From assembly GCA_964016885.1 (NCBI GenBank), contig OZ024756.1, positions 38,068,001 through 38,132,000 on the forward strand: DNA of 64,000 nucleotides. The letters are read 5' to 3'. This document shows positions 58,446 to 64,000 of the stretch, piece by piece (position 1 is the first letter of the stretch; every line of letters begins with the position of its first letter). The notes under the pieces are model-generated. The model was not told the origin of the DNA. It was given only the letters and a program-made list of their open reading frames with translations, and did no database searches. Origin of the DNA: Eledone cirrhosa. Its lineage: Eukaryota. The position numbers were made by a program, and so were the translations under genes.

Positions 58446-58586
58446 TATATATAATATATATATATATACTGTAGTACAAGTTTGGTAGAAATATCGACGG
58501 GTCAGGGCATTCAGTCCATAGGCCGAGTTAAGTATAATTAGTTACAACTACATTCAACCGTTGTAGTAGCCATCTTTCTTTACATA

Positions 58587-58636
58587 ACATGCTGAATGAG
58601 TTGGGGTGTATAACCCAACGAAACTTAAGTACCTGT
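58587..58636 (+). ncRNA. Hammerhead motif type D with a 1-nt core insertion
   Basis: acatg-CTGAATGA-gttggg(gtgtataa)cccaac-GAA-ACTTAAGT-A/cctgt; inside a ~190-bp insert in (TA)n. Confidence 0.65.
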
Positions 58637-58653
58637 ATATATCACTGTTGTAA

Positions 58654-58691
<38 letters not shown>

Positions 58692-58851
58692 TGTTGAACA
58701 ATAGAAACAAGGGTTAGTAGTTAATTAATATATTGTTTTACGATCGCTTCAAAGGGCAAAAGAAATTATAAAAATGCTTTCGATTTATTGACTAATCGAT
58801 AGCATGTATACAACTCCATAATATTAACCTTGATAAAACACATGCATTATG

Positions 58852-58894
<43 letters not shown>

Positions 58895-59111
58895 AAAAAA
58901 TGAAATTTCATTTCTCACTCTTAGTACGGCTGATACTTAAATATAAGTATGTATACGTACATACATATATGTATACAGACCTACACTGTACGTCTGTATA
59001 CATATATGATTGTACGTATACATACTTATATATATATATATATATATACACACATTAAATTGTACATTTTCCTGTTCGTACTGCCTCTCTGTTTTGTTCC
59101 CGTTCCATTTT

Positions 59112-59209
<98 letters not shown>

Positions 59210-59248
59210 TAAATATATATAAATATATATAAATAAATAAATATATAT

Positions 59249-59318
<70 letters not shown>

Positions 59319-59450
59319 TGTCATACAATTGTTGCATTTATGTTGCTTGAATTCTAAAAAGAAAATTTAGAACGATTTTCAAAAGGTGAGTTCGCATTAC
59401 AGACTAACAAAAAAAATATGTAGCTATTATATATGTGTATATATATATAT

Positions 59451-59622
59451 ATAGATGAGATTCTACAGGACTAGAACTGTTTCATTCTTTAGAAGATGAT
59501 TTCTCAAGAATGAAACAGTTCTAGTCCTGTAGAATCTCATCTATATTAAAACTTTTATACTCTGCTATGTATTTAGTACCTTACTTACTGTGGTTACCTC
59601 CGATTCAACCCGGAATAACTTA
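59451..59622. mobile_element. Type A element, palindromic, core disrupted
   Basis: atagatgagattctacaggactagaactgtttcattctt / aagaatgaaacagttctagtcctgtagaatctcatctat, plus tail. Confidence 0.8.
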
Positions 59623-59625
59623 CCT

Positions 59626-59678
<53 letters not shown>

Positions 59679-59956
59679 GAGAATCACTTACGGAATTTTA
59701 GCCACTATACATGCTTTGATTATCAGCTGTGGATTTAAAGGTTATTGACATAATCTTCTTAGTGTAACTTATTTTTTTATAATTTTTTTACTAGGGCATT
59801 GCCTTAAAGAAGATTCAGTCGATCACATTGACACCAGAAACTTTTTCGTTGAAATTTACTATTTACTTTATCGATCTCTTTTTGTCGAACCGCTAGTTAC
59901 GGTACATATAAACAATAAGGAAACGTATGCATACACACACACTCACATGGTCATAT

Positions 59957-60061
<105 letters not shown>

Positions 60062-60101
60062 AGGGTGTTAAAGTTTGCTTGAAGCATTGTGAAATATGTA
60101 A

Positions 60102-60322
60102 AATATGTAGTTTAGAAAGCCACAACAATGCAGATGGAACTTTCCCCCGTTGATGGGCGTGAGCCCGAAATATTGGGATTAAATATCCACTACGGTAACC
60201 CTTCTACCTTTGTTTTGTTTTCCTTTTTCGTTTCTCTCAATTTTCACTTTCCTCCTATTTCTCACTCACTTCCTACCTCGAGATTTCCCATCTGCATTGT
60301 TGTGGCTTTCTAAACTACATAT

Positions 60323-60323
<1 letters not shown>
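60102..60323. mobile_element. Element with 36-bp perfect inverted repeats enclosing a degenerate HHR (60147-60195)
   Basis: Arms 60102-60137 and 60288-60323; internal tgatg-ggc(gtga)gcc-c-GAA-ATATT(gggatta)AATAT-C/cactacgg. Confidence 0.65.
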
Positions 60324-60378
<55 letters not shown>

Positions 60379-61246
60379 GAGGTAAAATCCCGACCGCAGC
60401 GCCAAGCGGTTTCGGCTTGTGTGTTCAGCAAACCTTTCCAGGGTGTGAAAAAATAGGTCATTAGTCTTGGTAGTGCTTTGGTTGAATTTATTTTAAACTG
60501 GTCTGATGGAGAAAGAGGGTGAGAGCAGAGAGGAGAATGAAGACAGACAGACTTCCGTATAGTTTTCGTCTACCAAATTTCTCACATGTGGCATTGATCA
60601 GCCAATGGCTATAGAAAAAGGTATTTGCTCAAGATTCGAAACTATAGGGTTGTGAAGCAAACTCCGCGTGGTTATGTCTCACATTTTAGCGGTTCGACAA
60701 TGTTAGATCGATAAAATAAATATCAGACTAGAAATTATAAAAATATATGTTGGGGAGTCGGATATGAACAACTAATTTCCAACACACCAATCCACACTTT
60801 CCTACACTTTTCCCTTCTTCAAGGCGTTGCCCCAGTATGGCCGCAGTGAAATGCCTGATACAAGTAAAGGAATAATGTAACACAAACGCTATTACAGCGT
60901 GCAGTAGAATCCCTGTTTCGATAGGCAGTAGAGTGTACTGTTAATGTCATGTAGTGTCTGTTATCTAAGAAGCATAGTGAACGCACCATTCCTTAGCCTG
61001 TGTCTTTCTCTCAGTGCTTCTCTAGCAATGTATTATGTAAATATATTGTTTATTTGAATTCTACGATCTGAGTAACGGGTTATGTTGAAAGGATTTCAGA
61101 CATTTTAAGTTTTAAACCAACACTTTCAACTTACATAGCTGGATACGGCGATGATAAACACATTTCAAAACTCTCTATTAATATATAATATATAATATAT
61201 AATATATAATATATAACTCTATATATATATTATATATAACTCTATA

Positions 61247-61284
<38 letters not shown>

Positions 61285-61286
<2 letters not shown>

Positions 61287-61446
61287 CGAAGGAGGTGTGG
61301 TAAGGAACCAGATGGACTATAACGCACCAGAGTACTCAATACTTAGGGTAGTAGAGTGAGTAATAGGAAAATGTTTAACTCCGACGGCAGAGCTCAAGCC
61401 GTTTCGACAGCTATTTCTGGAGTCTGCCGTCGGGGTTAAACATTTT

Positions 61447-61451
<5 letters not shown>
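61285..61451 (-). mobile_element. Type H palindromic element with an internal deletion
   Basis: Homologous to 40115-40310. Confidence 0.75.
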
Positions 61452-61538
<87 letters not shown>

Positions 61539-61711
61539 TGCGCACGTGTGTGTGAGTATATTATAGTTCATATAGGTATATACACATATATATTAAATAC
61601 TCTTTTTTTACTTCTTTACCTGAGTCAGTCGATTGGCAGAGACCATGCTGGGCCATCGGCATCAGTAATACACTGGGATAATTGCTGGCCTTGCGCCTAA
61701 AGTAGAAACAA

Positions 61712-61777
<66 letters not shown>

Positions 61778-62602
61778 CCTAGAATGATGAGAAGAACTCT
61801 ACGCATGGAAGCTGTTAAAACAGCGAAATGCAGTCAATGACAGCGTCGCGTAAAATTTACCTCAAGGGATAGAAATCAGTAGCTAGAATTCCTTCTATAA
61901 ATAAATATATATATATAATTATAAAATGTGTGTGTGTGTGTGTGTGTGTGCGTACGTAATCATAATATAATGATAGAAATGTACGAGAAAAGAAAATTAT
62001 TAGATAATCACGTTTGGTAACTAAAAGAAGAGAAATAGTTTGAAATCATTTCAATATATATTGTATGTTTATAGAGAAAACAAGGCATGTCGGAGTAAGA
62101 TCGTCTAGATGCAGACAAATACACGTTAACACACATAGTTGCGAACGCTTACACGGCTGCAAACTCAGGCAGGCACACGCGCGCGCGTGCGTACACGGGC
62201 TAGGCTTGCGCGTATACACGCACTCATATACACACTGCACTGCAAAATACTGCAGTTTGCTTTCTGAGGCTCTGTTAAATGATGCATAATTCCTACACAT
62301 TGTAGGAAAGCATACACCACACACACAAACACACAGATACACACGCACATATATATGCACAAATACACACGCACACATGCACAAATACACACGCACACAT
62401 ATACACAGATACACACGCACACATATACACATATACACATATACACAGATACACACACATACACAGATACACACATACACACAGATACACAGATACACAT
62501 ATACACACACATATATATATATACACACACATACACACACACAAACACACTCTCCATTTAACCAACGAAATTTTTCAAGTTTGTTCACCTAATTTGCACG
62601 AA

Positions 62603-62792
62603 TGGTGGATTGGCAATATTGGTAGAGGGTCGGACGCCATGCTTTGACGCATAGAGTTACGGCCCTTTCCATTCTGAGTTCAAATCCCGCCGAGGTAAAC
62701 TTTGCCTTTCATCCTTACGGGGTCGATAAAATAAAGTACCAGTAATACACTGGGGTAATTGCTGGCCTTGTGCCAAAAGTAGAAACAAATTA
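62603..62792 (+). mobile_element. SINE family 1, near full length (short variant)
   Basis: Head, B-box, body and tail present. Confidence 0.9.
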
Positions 62793-62821
62793 TATATAAA
62801 TATATATATATATATAATATA

Positions 62822-63280
62822 CACGGAATGTCCCCCCCCCCCCGCAAAAAAAATGTATACACTTTTGTTTGTACATGTAATCGAAATGTATATACATTTT
62901 TTCGGGACACCCTATATATATATATGTGTGGTGTGTATACATTTTTTCGGTACACCCTATATATGTACATATATATATATATGTATGTGTGGTGTGTATA
63001 CATTTTTTCGGTACACCCTATATATGTATATATATGTGTGTGTGTGGTATGTTTACATTTTTTCGGTACACCTTATATATATGTGTTGGTGTATACGTTT
63101 TTTCGGTACACCCTACATATGTATATATATATGTGTGTGTGTGTAGTGTGTTTACATTTTTTCGGTACACCTTATATACATATATATGTGTCTGTGTGGT
63201 GTGTATACATTTTTTCGGTACACCCTAGATATGTATATATATGTGTGTGTGTGTGTGGTGTGTTTATATTTTTTCGGTAC

Positions 63281-63326
<46 letters not shown>

Positions 63327-63478
63327 GTGTGTATACATTTTTTCGGAACACCCTATATATGTATATATATATATATATGTGTGTGGTGTATTTACATTTT
63401 TTCGGTACACCCTATATATGTATATATGTATATATATGTGTGTGTGGTGTGTTTACAATTTTTCGGTACACCCTATAT
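62822..63478. repeat. MITE relic followed by a tandem array of its right TIR
   Basis: gtgtatacattttttcggtacaccctata repeated about 11-12 times with TA/TG spacers; matches the TIR at 49856-49880. Confidence 0.8.
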
Positions 63479-63853
63479 GTATATATATATATGTATATAT
63501 GTATTGGTATGCGTATGTGTGTATATATATATATATTTGTCTATTATGTCTAGTATGTTGCCAGGTTTGTGTGTGTTTTTACTGTTAATCTGTAGAAATT
63601 TCTCGCTGAAGAATTCCTCTTGTTTATTGCTGGTGCCATTGCCCCATTTGTTAATCTACAGTCTTTTACTCGTCATCCCTAAATTGTTTACCAGTTCTAT
63701 AATCAATCAATATCTGACCTCACTTCCAACCACTCACAACTCGGCAAAAGCAATTTCCAGAGAATGCAACAAAAAGAACGAGCAAAAAAAAGAAGAAAAA
63801 AGACAAAAATACCAATAATTCTTCAGAAAGACGTGTATGATGAAGCATGTATG

Positions 63854-63942
<89 letters not shown>

Positions 63943-64000
63943 TATTTCTATATATATATATATGTATATATGTATATAATATATATATATATATGTATAT

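Noticed and set aside
59702-59732. Minus-strand ccacag-CTGATAA-tc-AAAGCATGTA-tagtgg
   Set aside because: Several core mismatches; cannot be distinguished from chance without homologues

Overview
Gene-poor, microsatellite-saturated animal DNA. The SINE types and repeat landscape suggest an octopus or other coleoid cephalopod, which is an inference. No host protein-coding gene can be supported, and nearly all ORF-track entries are translations of simple repeats. Real coding content is retrotransposon-derived: one apparently full-length Tx1/L1-clade LINE with two intact ORFs (51386-57240, +), one 5'-truncated CR1-like LINE with an intact frame inside (TA)n (28634-30803, -), and RTE/CR1 relics. 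There are about 30 tRNA-type SINE copies or fragments and many minisatellites, several of them born from mobile-element pieces. Two signals stand out. First, at least 7 sequence-distinct types of small non-coding elements next to (TA)n tracts carry minimal hammerhead-ribozyme folds, often as fold-back inverted repeats, and include core variants (U3-A8, CUGAAUGA, U.U at the base of helix II). This fits Penelope-like pseudo-LTR relics. Second, a co-oriented chain of SINEs and Tx1 3' ends is joined largely through (ATT)n tracts. The SINE and LINE share a 3' GGCC(C)TTGTG(G)CC...(ATT)n motif, suggesting an ATT-targeting LINE/SINE partnership. All structures were folded by eye, boundaries are approximate, and no database searches were run.
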